From Schmidtea polychroa (taxonomy: Eukaryota), in NCBI GenBank assembly GCA_044892525.1, contig CM097885.1, forward strand, positions 16,308,001 to 16,372,000: 64,000 bases of DNA. The letters are read 5' to 3'. Shown piece by piece: positions 21,801-35,940 of the stretch. Numbering within the stretch: position 1 is the stretch's first letter; the number at the start of each line of letters is the position of its first letter. Below the pieces are notes generated by a model that was not told the origin of the DNA, made no database searches, and saw only the letters and a list, made by a program, of their open reading frames with translations. Both the position numbers and the translations under genes were made by a program.

Positions 21801-23385
21801 CATTTGATTGGGTGATTTTTGAGCCTGAGGAGCAGCATTCCAAATTGACTTTACCTGTTCTACTTTGCAAGTTTCTTTTGGCGAAGTATTTCGTACAACC
21901 TATTGGAGAAAATGAAAATAATTGAAGAAAAACTATAACTTAATCAATATCTGCCAGTCTATTATAATTAATATTTTACGTATTTTAACTGTTTAATCAA
22001 TATTTCAATATAACGATAATGCCGAGTAATGGATAAATATTGAAACATAAATTCCAACATAAATATCAATCTACACAATTCTAATATCAGATATTGTGCA
22101 GATCAGACTTGAATATATATATTTTGATCAGATTTGAAAGTAACTGTGATATAGGAAATAATATAAATCAATAATTACATTGGCTAAAATTTAGTTTTGA
22201 TAAATATGATAAATTCTCGACAAAGATTACATTTAAATGGGATCGGTAACTGAAGTACGAGAAAGCAAATATAGAAATTTTAATTTACTAGTCATTAACA
22301 CAACACCAAAAAAGATTTCCAAATTCAGATTAAAAATTATTGTGTTGAATAGCGAAAAATAGCGATTTAATTTTGATCAATAGCCGTGATGAAAATAAAT
22401 GAAATGTTAAAATAAAACAAAAAACATAGAATTAAGATTAAATTTAATTGTAATAGCACTTGGACACGGATTTATCTTCAAAATAAAAACGGCAACAAGG
22501 CAAAAAGTATTTGTTCCAAAGAGAAAATAGTATCCAATGCCTATTTTTGGTACAATTAATCTTTTTATGTATTTTCAATTTCAAATATTTTTAATTTCAT
22601 TTATTTTCAATAAATTTTATTTAGCAATAAATGAAATTTTGATCTATAATCGTAATCAAAATAAGTGAAATGTTAAAAAAATAAAAACAAAGAAAAGGTG
22701 AACAGAGTAAAGGATTTTATGGATAATATCAATAAAATAATATTTATTATAAGAACTTTTTTTCAAATTTCACCACTAATTTATTTTCCATTATATTTAT
22801 TAAAAAGAAGAGCTTGAAGAATATGAATCAGTAAATTTATCAAAAACATCGATATATTTTCAGGCTTTTTAATAAATATTTTATATAGGGAATGGAATAA
22901 TGGGGGCATTTCAATTGTAACAATCTATATCAACACCTGGTATTCTGAGATCATCATTGATGTATATTGTTCCTCTCCTCTTACTTGATTGGTTTCAGTG
23001 ATTACATAGAAGGGAATATGCATACTTTTTAGGATTTTAGTATATTTAGTTATTACAACAATCAAAAAGTTAATTAAATTCATTTTATGATATTGTTAGA
23101 AATTGTAATAAAGTAATAAAGTAAGGGCAAACTATGGAATATATAATATAAATCATTAATTTTATTGTGTTAGTATAATTTCTTATTGGAGTCAGTATAA
23201 AATTCCTACCGTTGGTTGAATTTCCGGCTCATTGGATTTCTTTTCTTTTTTCATTTTAATACTTTCTTCCGCCTGTATTTGGATAAATGATGTGGAAATT
23301 GCGGTTGGAGTGGTTTTCACTGGACCCCATATTGATGGTGAATCAGATTTTCGATTTTCCAATTCAATTCTTATTGGTCTAACCT
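18890..23385 (-). CDS. Host GIGYF/PERQ-family gene, multi-exon 3' portion (boundaries approximate)
   Basis: Spliced exons give repeated KSLLEIQAEE-type motifs, the C-terminal block LTKWCLKRL...TVIELLKEVPNEE|VMEMAIQLLGDSKFTCNFVLEFIAKR and then KKKMVV, matching the GIGYF1/2 C-terminus. The GYF domain itself is not seen. Confidence 0.7.
20945..21180. repeat. Intronic minisatellite, ~17-nt unit ATTATTGGATTAATGAA
   Basis: About ten degenerate tandem copies visible. Confidence 0.85.
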
Positions 23386-25049
23386 GAACAAACGTAATTT
23401 CAATAATGAAATTGAGAAAATGAATTCTGGTTTTATGTAACACCTGTGATCGATTAATTAATAGTTCTGACCCTGGAAATAATAGTCACTTTTCAATGCA
23501 ATCGATGTCCTATCTGACACTTAATTTTATAAATGATTTTTATTAAATCAATCATTATAAAAAAGTTATAAGAAAAAATAATATATTGTGATCAGTTATA
23601 ACTCCTCAAGCTCATTTAATAATCATTTAAAATTTCAGCAGTTAATGTCTTAAATTTTAGGTTTAAAATGAAATTGATACAATTAAAATTCAATTTATGC
23701 CATTAATATTATCAAAATTTATGAAATTCCTACATTATCACTCCTGTTGATAATGTGTTTTCGAGAGGGGGTTAACAAGTAAGGTCGTTAAAATCTAGTA
23801 TATTACATTAAAAAACATAAATAATAATAAATAATAATATTACAAACAGATCGTGTCCTGATTGCACGAAAAATAATATATAAGGAACGGAAAATATCTG
23901 TAGAGTACCACTTTAACAAATACTCTACAGGTAAATTTCTTTATTCGGATAAACCACTTTAACAAATACTCTACAGTCGAACTCGACAGGATCACTTTAA
24001 CGAACTATTCCAGAGAACAGTAAAGCCTACGAAACCGAATCTAGACAAGGGATATACAGTAATCAATCGTCAAATTTAATTAAGGACTAATTCCAATTTG
24101 ATCTATTTAACCTATCCGATCCAGTTTTCGAAATTTGAGGTATGTCCCAGAAGTTGATTATTTATGTTTGCTAGTTTAATATGGTTATTTTGTAAATATA
24201 ATTAAAAAGTAAAACAATTTCATATAATAAATTTTTTAAATGAAAAAAGACAGCCTTTTCTTCATGGTACCGGCGACTGTACCATCTGGGAGCTTCAGGT
24301 ATGATGTGGACGAGCTAATAAGTTTTGGTGTAATCCATGTGTGTGGTGGAAATAATATAAATTTTCTTGGCATTTGATGAGTTATTTATGAGATTGTTGT
24401 ACAAATTGTATGGCTTGATTGCTAAATCGAATGTAAGTCATCGGATGAAGGTCGTCCCCTTGGACCAGGGTCGGACCGAGTTATGTGTGAGAGTGTGGGT
24501 AAGGCCTTCTATGGCACCTTGGAACCGGAACCGAGAGGGGGTTAACAGTAGTCCTAAGGCAGGGGCTCACCTGTTAATCAACTCCAACCCATGTGAGCAT
24601 CACCAACGTGTAAGATCTCCACGAGCTCACATGAGGGAATATCAGTAAAGTCATTATGGGTATGCTGGGGAAGGGCCAGAGCCGAATGAAGCTGAGTATA
24701 TGCCTTATGATAACCCTTTCCGTTCTCCCCACATACGCCAACATAATTGTTGAATTAAATGTTTTCACCGAATTTTTGAATAATGAACTGGGGGTCCCGA
24801 TAATGAACAAGTACCACCAATTTACTTAAATCTCGTTTGACATGCGATGGAAACATAACATTCGAGAGTTCAGATAAAGAAATTGAGAACTAAAGAAAAA
24901 AATTTTTTTATATATAATTTCTACTAAATTCATTTTTTGCAAATTCATCTATTACTTTATTTGTATTAATATGATTAAGAATATCTTTCTCAACATACAA
25001 AAGCGCCATATCATTCAATCTGTCTTTTCCCCTTATGCTTCTTAAGTAA

Positions 25050-25450
25050 TTTTTCACTGAAAACGATCTTTCTCCTATGCATTAGATCATTATATGATAT
25101 AACATAAAACGTGTTTTCTATATAATTTTGTTTTCTTGAAAAATCATCGCCGACTTCTTTATTTTCATCAAAATTTATTTTCTCTTTTGTCGTCTGCATA
25201 ATTGAAAGACTGGTTAATTCATTTGCTACTTTTTCAACTTTCTCAAAGTCTTGCCTGAAGTTATTGATAAAGACTTCCAAGGATTTTCATAATGTTAATT
25301 CTTTCATTCAATCAAATTCTTTTGATTGTTGTAATTTGTTCGTAGCATTAATCCTTTGTGAAATTGCGTTCCATACTCCTGTCACTAGAACAATTTCATA
25401 CTTGTTCATTTTTTTTAAATGACTTCGCTCTAATACAGTGACTTTTTCCC
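25050..25450 (-). mobile_element. Degenerate hAT transposase fragment
   Basis: Broken frame reads VWNAISQRINATNKLQQSK...LEVFINNFRQDFEKV, resembling the hAT W..IL..IN..SK.LQS region. Confidence 0.5.
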
Positions 25451-27374
25451 TCTTTTGAATTGTAAATTTCATTTATCGCTTCTTATATGTTGCTGTAACC
25501 AAATTTCACATACAATACTACATACAATACTTTCAAATAATTATGGAATGCATTTTTGTGGCTTTCAACAATTTCAAGCTGTTTCTTAATTTTATTTCGT
25601 TTTTCTGCGCTACTTTTAAAACTTTTCTATGTGCTTACTATAGTAGATAGAAGTGTCACCGCTGAACCAACCTCTTGGTACAATCTCAAGGTCGATTAAG
25701 AATTTTAGATAAGTGTATATAAAAAATGCTTAGTTTCCATGGAAATGAGCTCAAAACTCTCTAAATTAAAATATAGGTCACGCCATAATATAACATTTTC
25801 TGTATATTATGAAACAAAGACAAACTTATATTATAGAATTGAAATCGTATTCTTTAACACATGGCAAGACAATGAACAAAAGCATAAGAAAAGTAAATTA
25901 TGCAAATTCACAAAAAATGCTTAGAAATATTTTGAAAAATATACTTTATTACAGAAAATTATTTTAATATCTGAAATCAATTGAATAGGAAATATACAGG
26001 AATATTTACCGGAAAACCCTCCAAACTCTAGAAAATTCGCAAATTAAATTAACCAACTCAAAAAAATTCTCCAAATTTTAAAAACTCCTAAAATTAATTT
26101 TCGCAAAAATAACGTAATTTTATCTATGGTAAAAATTAACTTGTAAATTTTTTTTAAAATATTACTTTATTATAGGAAATCAACTGCATAGGAAATATAC
26201 AAGATTATTACAAGAAAAATCTTCCAAACTCAAATTATTACACAAATGCACTCAGTCTGGGACACATTTCTCGCTATCCGTTCTGAGTAAGCATCCGTTT
26301 TGTACAGCTCCTTTCATGCATGCCACCCGATATGTCAGTGTAGGATCATGTCTGTGTACAAGTTTCCACACCTTCAAATTGAGGATCTAGAAAGGATAAA
26401 ATCAATTTCCCTCAACTCATCATTAATTCATATTCATACACAAGGTAACACCACAGGTAATACTTAGCTAAATATTCTATGCGAATGATTCTTCCTTTCC
26501 TAATATTGACGTTTGTAGGATACGGAATAATTGATATGCAATTATATTTGTGTCATTGTTGATATAACCTGTGCCCCCTCATTCCCTCCATTTACCATGT
26601 CAGTTACTGCCAAATACTTTATTCTTTCATGGCATAAAATCCCTCATTCAATAAACAAATATTGAAGACTAAATAAAATAAGCGTTTCCAAAGCATTTAT
26701 CACACTGGGCATGGATATAGATGAATGCTACTGACGCCCTGTGATCTATTCCATCAACTTTTACACATTCGCTATTGTAGGAAGAACTCTTGATAGAAAC
26801 CCCTAATAAGTCACGTCACAATGTATCAATGCGTTCGATGACACAACAAAGAACAATGAAAGATTTTCATTGTGTTAAATCTAATCCAATTTATCAATAT
26901 TGCTTTGTGCATCTGAAATTTTATCATTGCACCTTTGTTACAATAAAATGTGAAAATGTCAATATGGGGCTCACAGGAACCTTGTACAAATCAGAAAATG
27001 TCAGACAAATATTTGTAACCATAACGAGATCATTAGAGCAATATATTAACATTTAATGAAAAATATTTTTTTTAATATTTTGATATATTTTTAATTTGTA
27101 TTTGCCGTTAAAATGTTAAAATTTTACATTTCGTTATCAAATTGTAATTTAAATAATTTTGTAAGATTTAAAATAAATGGAAAAAATTAACATTAATAAT
27201 ATTTCGAATTGCTCTAAATACAATATTTATAAAATGTTTGTTTATCTACTTCAAAATACAAATTATAAATATTGAAATTGTCAACGTCAGCGGAAATAAT
27301 TAATATAATAAGTATGATTTATGAATGTTGTAAAATGTTGATATATTTTGATAATTTTATTAATTTTAGATAAA

Positions 27375-29069
27375 ATGTTTGCAAGCGTATGGGAATTGAT
27401 GAAGAGGAATAAATTTGAATTTGATAATGAAGTCAGCAGTGAATTGATATGCAGAATTTGCAAGTGTTTAATGATAAAAGCTTGCCATGCTCCTTGCGGT
27501 TGTCGCTTTTGTTCTGATTGCATTGAACATTATTTGGATGGAAAAGATAAATTCTGTCCAGGAGCAGCAAAACATTGTAGAAAGAAAATGATAAATTTTA
27601 TTAAGGATGTTTCGGAAGATCATGCAGCCAATTTAAGGATTTCAGAAGTGATAGTGAGATGCCCAATGCAAAATTGTCAATTCAAAGACGAATTAGAGGT
27701 GATGGAGAGCCACATGAGAACATGCAACAAGCAACCAATAAAATGTCCATTCAATAGAATCGGATGCGAAATGAATGAGGTGGATAAGGATGAAATGAAA
27801 GTCCATCTCATTGAGAACACTGAAGGCCATAGCAAATTATTGATCGATCAGATCAGTAATTTATGCAATGAAATGCAATCAATGAGAGACGAGAATGTGA
27901 CATTGCGTAATGAAATTATCAATATCAATGTAAAATTGTATTTGTAATTAATTTTATTGATATTTGTGATTGTAGGTGAAACTGGGCAATCTTGAAAAGA
28001 AAGAGAAAGAGAACAGAGATGAAATAGAAGAATTGAATGAGGAAATGGTGGCATTGAAGAATGAGAATCGCTCATTGAGAATGGAGATGGAGACAAATAT
28101 TGGATCAATCAATCAAGTTTGATTATTGATTTGATTTATTATTGATTTGTTATTGATGCAAAGCAGGTCAGACAGCAAATTGAGGCGATTGGATCAAAAT
28201 GTCAACAGCAAATTGATGATATGAAAGAGAAAGGCGAGCGGCGGCTGCAACAGGGGAATGAAAAGGTGATTTATTGATTTATTGAAATGTTTGAATTTGA
28301 GGTTCAGTTGCAGCTTGAAATGGCAAAATGCGCCAATGAAATTCGGCAGAATGAAACAAAATATCAACAGCAAATTGATGATATGAAAGAGAAATGCGAG
28401 CAGCGGCTGCAACAGGGGAATGAAAAGGTGATTTATTGATTTATTGAAATGTTTGAATTTGAGATTCAGCTGCAGATTGAAATGGCGAAATGCGCCAATG
28501 AAATTCGGCAGATTGAATCAAAATGTCAACAGCAAATTGATGAGATGAAAGAGAAATGCGAGCAGCGGCTGCAACAGGGGAATGAAAAGGTGATTTATTG
28601 ATTTATTGTAATATTTGAATTTGAGATTCAGTTGCAGATTGAAATGGCGAAATGCGCCAATGAAATACGGCAGATTGAAACAAAATTAGCAAATGAAAAA
28701 TATATAAATTATGGATTTTTTGAATGGCAAATCGATAAATTTTCGCAACAAAAGAGATATGAAAATATTTACAGCGAGGCATTTTATTCCGGGCCAATCG
28801 GTTACAAAATGTGCTTGTGGGTGAGGATTGGGGGTGATTGGGTTGATGTTGGTTTCTGTTTGATGCGTGGGGCAAATGATGAGCAATTGGATTGGCCGTT
28901 CAATCAATCCGTAACAATCGATGTGATCGATCCAGCAAATGGCAGCATTTATATGAGCAAGTCAAGGAAATATTCAGATTGGCCTGATGCAGCCAGATGG
29001 GGGAAACCTTCAGATGATAGAAATATATACCAAATCTCGTATACCAAACTTCTCGTATACCAAATATAA
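27375..29069 (+). CDS. Host TRAF-like gene (RING, TRAF Zn finger, coiled-coil exons, MATH domain truncated at the C-terminus)
   Basis: RING CRICKC...CGCRFCSDC...CP; VRCP...C...H...C finger; MATH FEWQI...YSEAFYSGPIGYKMCL...LMRG..DEQLDWPF; short GT-AG introns. Confidence 0.92.
28190..28690 (+). repeat. Tandem 162-nt exon+intron units in the TRAF coiled coil
   Basis: Donor GT at 28266, 28428 and 28590; 42-nt intron plus 120-nt exon per unit. Confidence 0.9.
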
Positions 29070-29278
29070 AAATGAAAACATTACAAGTTTTCAAAAATAA
29101 AAATTTTTACCAATAATATCCTTTCTATGCTGAAACATTTTCTATAATTTTATATGAAAATATAATGTTTAAACATAGAAAGAATTGTGAAAACTATAAC
29201 GAGTTTTCAATAAAATATATACATTATAAAGAATACAAATCATATTTTTTTTTTAAAAAGATATATTAATATATCACA

Positions 29279-32200
29279 TTAGTCCGATAAAATGACATCA
29301 TCAATGTCAGTAACATCATCATTATTTATAATTCTTGGACTGTCCTGATCATCGAAAGATGGGCTTTCTCCACCAAAAAGCGGTCCAATTTCTTCATGAG
29401 TAAATACCTGGCCAGCATCAGTTTCCTCAATTCTTGGACTGTCCTGATCATCGAAAGATGGGCTTTCTCCACCAAAAAGCGGTCCAATTTCTTCATGAGT
29501 AAATACCTGGCCAGCATCAGTTTCCTCAAATCCTAAATAATGTCCATATGCCAGACTGGTATTAGGCCCCACCCATAGTCTCTTGTCATCGTTGTTCGAC
29601 AAGGCTATCTTCCTATTCTTGAAAGTAAAGAGCTGATGGTTTCTAGTACCTATTCTCGTTTGTGGCACCGTATATACTACGCTGTTGTTGTAGCAGTCTA
29701 AATAAGACTGGTGCCCTATCTCAGTATTACCAAGCTGAACTCCCTTAGCCCTAAGTGTTGCCTTATCTCCTAACAAACTATAACACTTAGGGCGCAAGAA
29801 CACCCATTCCTTATAACCAAGCCCTTTACTTTCATCCTTAAATTTCCCTATCACAGAATCCAAACTCTTTGAATACAAAGGATGAGCAGGATCATAATTA
29901 CTAGTGTCTAGAAGATTATCACGAATCATTGCCGGCAAAAGAGTGTCAAGCTTACAGTGCTTTATCTCTAAGAAAAAGGAGTCGGTGTCGCCGGCAACGA
30001 TATTTATATCACAGTTAAATTCATTTCTATATTTTGCCAATTCTATATACTGTAACTGGTACATCCTCAGTTTAGACAGGTCTAGCACAGATTGGCCAAT
30101 GAAGCTAGGCCTGTCTAAACATATAGAATCCTTATTTAGATGAGCTGCAATCAGATCATCATCAATTCTGATAGATTTTCTGAATGTAGGTTTTGAGGCA
30201 TATACAATCATCTTTTCAGCTGAATTGCATAACCTCAAATTCATCCGTTTTTTAAGGTTTTCCACGGATTTCCCATACAGACTATTATTAAATAATTTAT
30301 ATAAATCTCTATGCAGCTCGCATGTAGAATTTGAGCGCAAATTAGTATTAGTTGATATGTAATCTTTAAAAATAGGTGCATGCTTAAATTTAATTGCCCT
30401 ATGTACATTTTTAATTAAAGCCCCCAATTCAATATACAACTTGAGAAGTCGCCAATGAAGAACATGGTTCTTCTTCGGCCAATGCGTGAGCATCAGCTTC
30501 TCAACTTTTGAATCTGGCGGGCACATTTTTTCCGGAGCAATCGGAAAATCATTCAAAAAATCATGCAAGCAATCAGGGATATCGATATCAACCTCCATAG
30601 TATAGCCATATGGAAGGTTATCAATATCAGCATTCATACATTCATACAAGACAGAATCAAGGTCATCATACACCCATTCAAAATCACCATACGGAAGATT
30701 TTGGCTTAAGGCCCAACCATACAAGTTGTTTATATCTATATACAAGAGTTCTGTGTCTTCAGAACTTACAACATAATGTTTGTTAACAAATGTTAACCCA
30801 CCCCGTATCCCTCCTTCATAGAAATTAAACATTTCCATGTCCTGTAAAAGTTCAATGGGTTCCTTTAATGTCATAAGCGCTGAGCCCCATGACATACCGG
30901 GAATACCATAAAAATTTAGAGGCTCAAGACCATTGTATGCAATGGCCTTTTCACGGAATTGTGTAAAATAATCTGCGAGGAGAAACACATCAAGTTTAAG
31001 GTATGTTAACATATAGTCTAACATATTGTTGCAATTTTGTTGAGTCCAAATAACTTGGGCTAATTCATATTCATCATTAGACACAGAATCCCAAATAGGA
31101 GGCAATTCAAGAGTTGATTCCAGGACCTCAAGAGATGTAGCGAAGTCATAAGGGAAGATACCTTTTGCTCGAACAATTGCGCCATCAAAAACAGAAGAAG
31201 TTAAAGGCAGATCGGAAAGAGTCTTAACAGCTTTTGCAAGTGATGAATTAACAAACTGCATGCTGTCAATAAAACGAACAGGCAGTTTGTTAATGTACGC
31301 GATGAGAGAGATAAATTTTTCCGTAGTGTTTGGAATAATATTCAATTCCCAAGAAGGAAAATTATTCAAACCATACTTCAAAATATGATGGAGGTCATAC
31401 CCCCTCAAATTGTGAAATACAACAGGTAACTGTCTCTGAATTCTGCGAGACACATTACATTTCCTACAGGCAGCACCAAGATACTTACCTGTGAAGGGAC
31501 AATGGTACCTAACTCTATCTCTAATAAATTTTTTACAAAGATAGCAGGTCCTGGAATTATAAAAGGCACGATCTTCAGCGAAAGACAAGGTTTGCATAGG
31601 CTTATTACCGTTAATTTCGTAATATGGTAGGACAATTGTGACAGCAATTTCCTCCACCTTATGCAAGAAAGACAACACGCAATCCTCACCAACAAACTCA
31701 TAATAAAATCTAGTTTTGTTATAATTGTTAATTAGTAACATGCCTGCTGTTATTGGCATGTGTTTTTGATGGTGGGTGATATCCTCAGGTAAAATCGACT
31801 CAAAATCGGCATATATCACGAATGGCGGGGTTACTGTTTTTGCATAGTTTGAGAATATTAAATTTTTCTCTTTCGGTAATGTATATAAAGTAGAACCTAT
31901 TTGATTCTTACGGCATAGGTCTACATGAATATCATAAGCGCTCCTATGTCTGAAGCCATTAAGGCAATGTGGGCACTATTTGACGCGAATCCAAAGGTGA
32001 CAGGAGCTATTTGGGTGTGAATTCATAAGTTTTTGAAGATCAAAAACTGCGGTGTAATGAAAATTATCACCGTCTTCTAATAATAATAAATATATGGGTT
32101 TACCACCTATAACCTTAGATCGGTGAATAATATCTAACTGGGGATGATGAGGGATATAATCTTCATTGTTGATATAATCTTCATTGTTGATAGGTTTGGC

Positions 32201-33480
32201 TGGTTTATTTCTATATATTAAAACGTTAATGGCTAAGTTCAGTTCACGGTTTTTGCGTTCGAATTTAGGTATGTTACTTAATCTCATCGGGCAATCACTA
32301 ATGGGGTCAAAATTAATTTCATCCAAATAATTTTGGTAAGCACTAACTCGATGCATATTTCTGCGTATAACATCACGCTTTAAGAGGGCTAGAACACTAT
32401 ATATAAAACACATATCATCATCTGTGTTCTGGATATTGACTATTGCGTGTTTAGACTTTAACGCTGTCGGGGTGGGAATATAACTATGTCCAGCTAACCT
32501 ATTCATAATCTTATACTTATTTATTATGAAGTCAATTTCTTTTATTTTAACAACCCGCCATCCGCTACCTAAATATGTGAATTTTTCTATCTTATTATTT
32601 AATTTAGTGACGCCATTGATTAAAAAATTTTCTGAAAAAACTTCGGCGTTATTGGAGAAAAAATTATCTCGGATTTCGCCATCTTTCTCAAATTGTATGA
32701 GAACCGTGAACTGAATTTTAACGGGCCCCATACCGTTCATTTCTGATACTAGTTTTTGAATAATTTTTGGTGTTATTGCTATCTGTACTAAGGCGTCTTT
32801 CTCCACGTCAAACCTTAGATTTTTTCTAGCCCCCTTAAAATCTATTTCTATTTCTGGCTCGTCGTCTATATCGACTGAACCGCCTATTTGATTATTTAGT
32901 ATATTATTTAGGATATTATTTAGGTTATTATCTATTTCATCACCACCATAATTAACTTTAACAATTTTAGATGGAACACAAGACCCCGGACTAACAGCAG
33001 GCCGTTTTTTATTTTTAATTAGATTATTATTCACATTATTATTTACATTATTATTTACATTTTGTGCTGTGCTATTCACATTTTTATATACAGTTTTATT
33101 TACAGTTTTGATATGTTCTGTATTATTTACATTTTGTGCTGTGCTATTCACATTTTTATTTTTATAAACAGTTTTATTTACAGTTTTGATATGTTTTGTA
33201 TTATTTACATTTTGTGCGTGCTATTCACATTTTTATTTTTATAAACAGTTTTATTTACAGTTTTGATATGTTCAGAATTATTTAACTTATTAAAAAGTTT
33301 CTTTTTATTTAAAGTAAACTGATTTAGATGTTTACTATGTATATTATAAAAATCCTTATATTTTATAGGTTGGGAAGTCTGGCATAGTGGACATAAATAA
33401 TATTTGAGTCCATAGAATTTATGCCCATAGTATTTTTTCATGTTTTTGTGACATACTTTAGTATGCCCAGTCGAAGACAT
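29279..33480 (-). pseudogene. pPolB of element B with one frameshift (~33218) and one in-frame TAG (31976-31978)
   Basis: Three ORF-track pieces join. A 1-nt deletion in one copy of an N-terminal repeat (AGCACGCAC vs AGCACAGCAC) links the Zn-finger ORF; IRVK*CPHCL reads on into YADFE, YIDINNLYG, KLFNNSLYGK and GDTDS. Confidence 0.93.
29330..29529. repeat. Perfect 99-nt tandem duplication in the pPolB tail
   Basis: EETDAGQVFTHEEIGPLFGGESPSFDDQDSPRI twice, identical at the nucleotide level. Confidence 0.95.
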
Positions 33481-33692
33481 GCAATACCGAGGATATAATC
33501 GGCCTATTAATAAATTTATTTAATAATTATCTAAATATTGTTGTAATATAGAATGTTTAATATCTTTATTAACAATTGTTAGTAGTTATTCAGTTTTTTA
33601 TTAGACAATAATTATAAAACTGAATAACTATTAACAATTATTAATAAAGGAAATATTATTAGCAGTTAGATCAAAGACATGGAAATTTAAAG

Positions 33693-33774
<82 letters not shown>

Positions 33775-33778
33775 TATT

Positions 33779-33835
<57 letters not shown>

Positions 33836-33888
33836 AGAGAGATGTAGTTGCATGCTGACTGCAAACTACTGGTAGAAATTATGGGTCA

Positions 33889-34038
<150 letters not shown>

Positions 34039-34392
34039 TCTAAACTTAAATTATAACTTTCTCAAGAATAGTTCAAAATTTTCTTCTTTTTAAATTTTCA
34101 TCATCATTTCATATAAATTTTCATCATCTGTTCATATAAATTTTCTTCATATAATTTTTCAAATAAAATTGTTCAGGATTTTTCAAATAAATTTTCATCA
34201 TCTGTTCATATAAATTTTCTTCATCTGTTCATATAAATTATCTTCATATAAATTTTCTTCATATAAATTTAAATCGTCAATTACAAATTTACAGCATTTT
34301 TTAAAATAATTTAAAGAAAGTTATAATTTAAGTTTATAAATAATTTATAAATAATTATGATTAATAAAAAATATTATTCATGAAAAAAAAAA

Positions 34393-35096
34393 CTAACATT
34401 TAGACTCTGAATCAGAGTCTGTTTCGTCCTCAGTGAGGATATTTCCAAAGATTTTATGGGCATCTCCAATAAAAGTTGAGGCATAATCTGCTTCCTCCCC
34501 AATATCTGTGGGGGCATCAATTAACATTGTTTCAATAGGTGCAGCATAAATTGGAGCATCATCCTCAGAGAGGGCATACCGAATAGGGGCATCATTCAAA
34601 ACATTTGAAGCTTCTAAATCATTTTTAAAAATTACATATAAAAATAATAAAAACTTACGAGTATTTTCTATCATCGCATGTTCGATGAAAAACTCATTGT
34701 CGATGTGGTTAGGAATCATTTGACTATGTCCTAAAAAAGGTTTTTAATTTAATACAATAATAATAATAAATTACTTGATAAATCATCATCATCCTCACTA
34801 ATGACTATTGTATCGTCATTGTCGCTAATAATTACTATTGTATCGTCATTGTCGCTAATAATTATAGGATCTTCATCATCGCTCACCATTATAACGTCTA
34901 AATAATAATAATAATATTAATAAATAAAAATAAAATTACCATATGTACAATTTAAATTAAATCCATCTTCATTTTCAGTAACTTCGTACCACAAATCATC
35001 TATAAAATAAATATATAAAAATAAATAAAATAATAATATTTTACCATTGCTGCCAGCCATCATACATCTCAGAATATTATTTTCTTGTCCTTCCAT
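34393..35096 (-). CDS. Spliced acidic protein with four tandem SUMO-interacting-motif-like repeats (at least 5 exons)
   Basis: ATG 35096; phase-1 GT-AG introns 35000-35044, 34898-34939, 34731-34774 and 34614-34658 give one frame containing VIMVSDDED, IIISDNDD, IVIISDNDD and IVISEDDDD. Confidence 0.8.
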
Positions 35097-35525
35097 TTTG
35101 TAAAAATTTTAAATTAATTGTGACGAATTTGGAAATTGCAAATGTTTATAAAGAGATTTAAATTTTCCTGTCCCAGCCAATAAGATTTCGGTATACACAC
35201 ATAGAAACTTAAATATTTTACTCTGTTAGCCAATCACATCGCATCTACATGTGCCTTGTTAATCACACTGTTTCCATGTGACTGTCTTTATTAGTCAGTT
35301 CTTTGTTAACATGCACTGTGCATGCACGGAGCATGTGATGGCTTTATGATAAGTTAATTAAAAATAATTAATAAGTTAATAATAACAATAAAATTAAAGT
35401 CTTTCTTATTAAATAATAATAAAAGTCATTCTTATTAAATAATAATAAAAGTCTTTCTTATTAAATAATAATAATAAAAGTCTTTCTTATTAAATAACAA
35501 CAACAAAGCATACACTAAACATTTA

Positions 35526-35940
35526 TTAAACATGAAACTTTTTGTACAACAACCACGCCAAACAGTGTTGACCACATGTTTGGGTCAAGGGATTTTGAAA
35601 CATAGTTTTATTATACACAATAGGTTTCCCCATTGTTTGTAGTTTTGATATCAACAAAGCCGGGTAATAAAAACCCATAGGATCGAACACGAATATATTA
35701 CCAGGTTTCATATATATAGCTATCCAATGTTCTCCACCAAGATGAGACGATTGAGTATTGACGATTATTGCTTGATTATTGCTCAAATATGGAATTTTAT
35801 CAAGAGGAAAAACTCCAACAAATTCATTTCCCAATATCTGTTTTCCAATTCTCAGTACCTGAACAGAACTACTTAAATAAATCCAGAGTATAAAAAAAAA
35901 CAACTTACTCCATGACAACTTTTTGTGTTTCAATATACAT
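35526..35940 (-). CDS. Adenain-like protease of element B, two exons
   Basis: GEHWIA, FVFDPMG, QNPLTQTCGQHC. ATG at 35940 abuts the capsid stop; the GTAAGT...TAG intron 35869-35908 joins MD|SVQVLR. Confidence 0.88.

Noticed and set aside
24240..24830. GC-richer patches (also ~26250-26800, 45360-46500, 62000-63200) as retroelement or transposase relics
   Set aside because: Probably decayed mobile DNA, but no diagnostic motif could be read with confidence.
27375..29069. TRAF as Polinton cargo
   Set aside because: No Polinton terminus found upstream of it; it has host-type structure and is truncated at the junction.
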